DNA of 64,000 nt, taken from assembly GCA_022820805.1 (NCBI GenBank), contig JAJEEV010000013.1:80967-144966 (forward strand), given 5' to 3'. Source of the stretch: Acidimicrobiia bacterium. Lineage in GTDB: Bacteria; Actinomycetota; Acidimicrobiia; Acidimicrobiales; Aldehydirespiratoraceae. The notes under the pieces were generated by a model. That model was not told the origin of the DNA and searched no databases. It saw nothing but the letters and a program-made list of their open reading frames with translations. A program made the translations under genes and the position numbers. Below are positions 63,553 through 64,000 of the stretch, in pieces; position 1 is the stretch's first letter, and each line of letters opens with the position of its first letter.

Positions 63553-64000
63553 ATGCGTGCCGGTTCACTTGAGATCGCTCCTCCCCTCTATGAGTTCATC
63601 GCTGTCGAGGCCCTTCCGGGAACCGGCGTGCAGATCGACGAGTTCTGGAGCGCGCTGCAGTCCATCCTGACCGACCTCGGACCCCGCAACGCCGCGCTGT
63701 TGAGCCGGCGCGACGAACTGCAGTCCCAGATCGACGACTGGCACCGGGCGGCCCGGGCCGAGGGCCGGGACAGCGACGGCGAGGCCTACGCCAACTTCCT
63801 GCGCGACATCGGCTACCTGCGCTACATGGACGGGTCGGTCACCGCCACGACGGCCAATGTGGACGCCGAGATCGCCGAGGTGGCCGGACCGCAGCTGGTG
63901 GTGCCCCTCGACAACGCCCGCTACGCGCTGAACGCGGCCAACGCCCGCTGGGGAAGCCTCTACGACGCGCTGTACGGCACCGACGTGCTCAGCGAGTCGG
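63553..64000 (+). CDS. glcB: Malate synthase G, N-terminal part (3' end beyond the window)
   Basis: ALPGTGVQIDEFW... and GPQLVVPLDNARYALNAANARWGSLYDALYGTDV match the GlcB N-terminus. The reading frame runs off the window. Confidence 0.87.
   Translation, partial: MRAGSLEIAPPLYEFIAVEALPGTGVQIDEFWSALQSILTDLGPRNAALLSRRDELQSQIDDWHRAARAEGRDSDGEAYANFLRDIGYLRYMDGSVTATTANVDAEIAEVAGPQLVVPLDNARYALNAANARWGSLYDALYGTDVLSES

Overview
High-GC bacterial chromosomal segment: third codon positions are almost uniformly G/C and many gene junctions overlap as ATGA/GTGA. An F420-type LLM gene and actinobacterial-style TANNNT -10 boxes point to Actinomycetota, but the lineage cannot be fixed from this window. I call about 59 protein-coding genes. 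I found no rRNA, tRNA, CRISPR array, transposase or integrase. There are five blocks. (1) 3-19995 is one uninterrupted plus-strand array. It holds the 3' part of a type I PKS (cMT-ER-KR-ACP plus a terminal KS with no AT), a discrete ACP, an Sfp-type PPTase, a PhyH dioxygenase, two Rieske oxygenase systems, an amidase and a flavin reductase. It continues with a 2-oxoacid/acetoin-dehydrogenase E1 alpha/beta pair that has only a free-standing lipoyl domain, two SDRs, a methenyl-H4MPT cyclohydrolase (Mch) homologue and a Mer-like LLM oxidoreductase. Two small promoter-bearing insertions interrupt this array. (2) 20034-31086 is a sugar locus: HisD-like dehydrogenase, bicupin, ROK kinase, GH4 glycosidase, BadF-type kinase, Gfo/Idh/MocA, NagB-like enzyme and a CUT1-type ABC importer. 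(3) 31199-42956 carries an esterase, a 2OG oxygenase, a BMP-family ABC importer and a divergent xanthine-dehydrogenase-family enzyme whose Mo and FAD subunits are fused. (4) 42953-50618 is a hydantoinase A/B - acyl-CoA ligase - cupin - VOC operon with an XRE-cupin regulator. (5) 50665-64000 is a methylated-amine / C1-C2 island: amt without glnK, micro membrane proteins, TMAO demethylase (tdm), malate thiokinase (mtkAB), malyl-CoA lyase (mcl), a glyoxylate aminotransferase, trimethylamine monooxygenase (tmm), an FAD monooxygenase and malate synthase G (3' truncated). A ~95-bp intergenic repeat with a 36-nt invariant core occurs three times. The best candidates for something undescribed are two. 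One is the PKS / ACP / oxygenase / E1-lipoyl / Mch / Mer-like array as a single unit. The other is the co-occurrence of an Mch homologue plus a Mer-like F420 enzyme with tmm-tdm and serine-cycle genes in a Gram-positive-type genome. All functional calls rest on motifs read from the translations and on remembered reference sequences; no searches were run.
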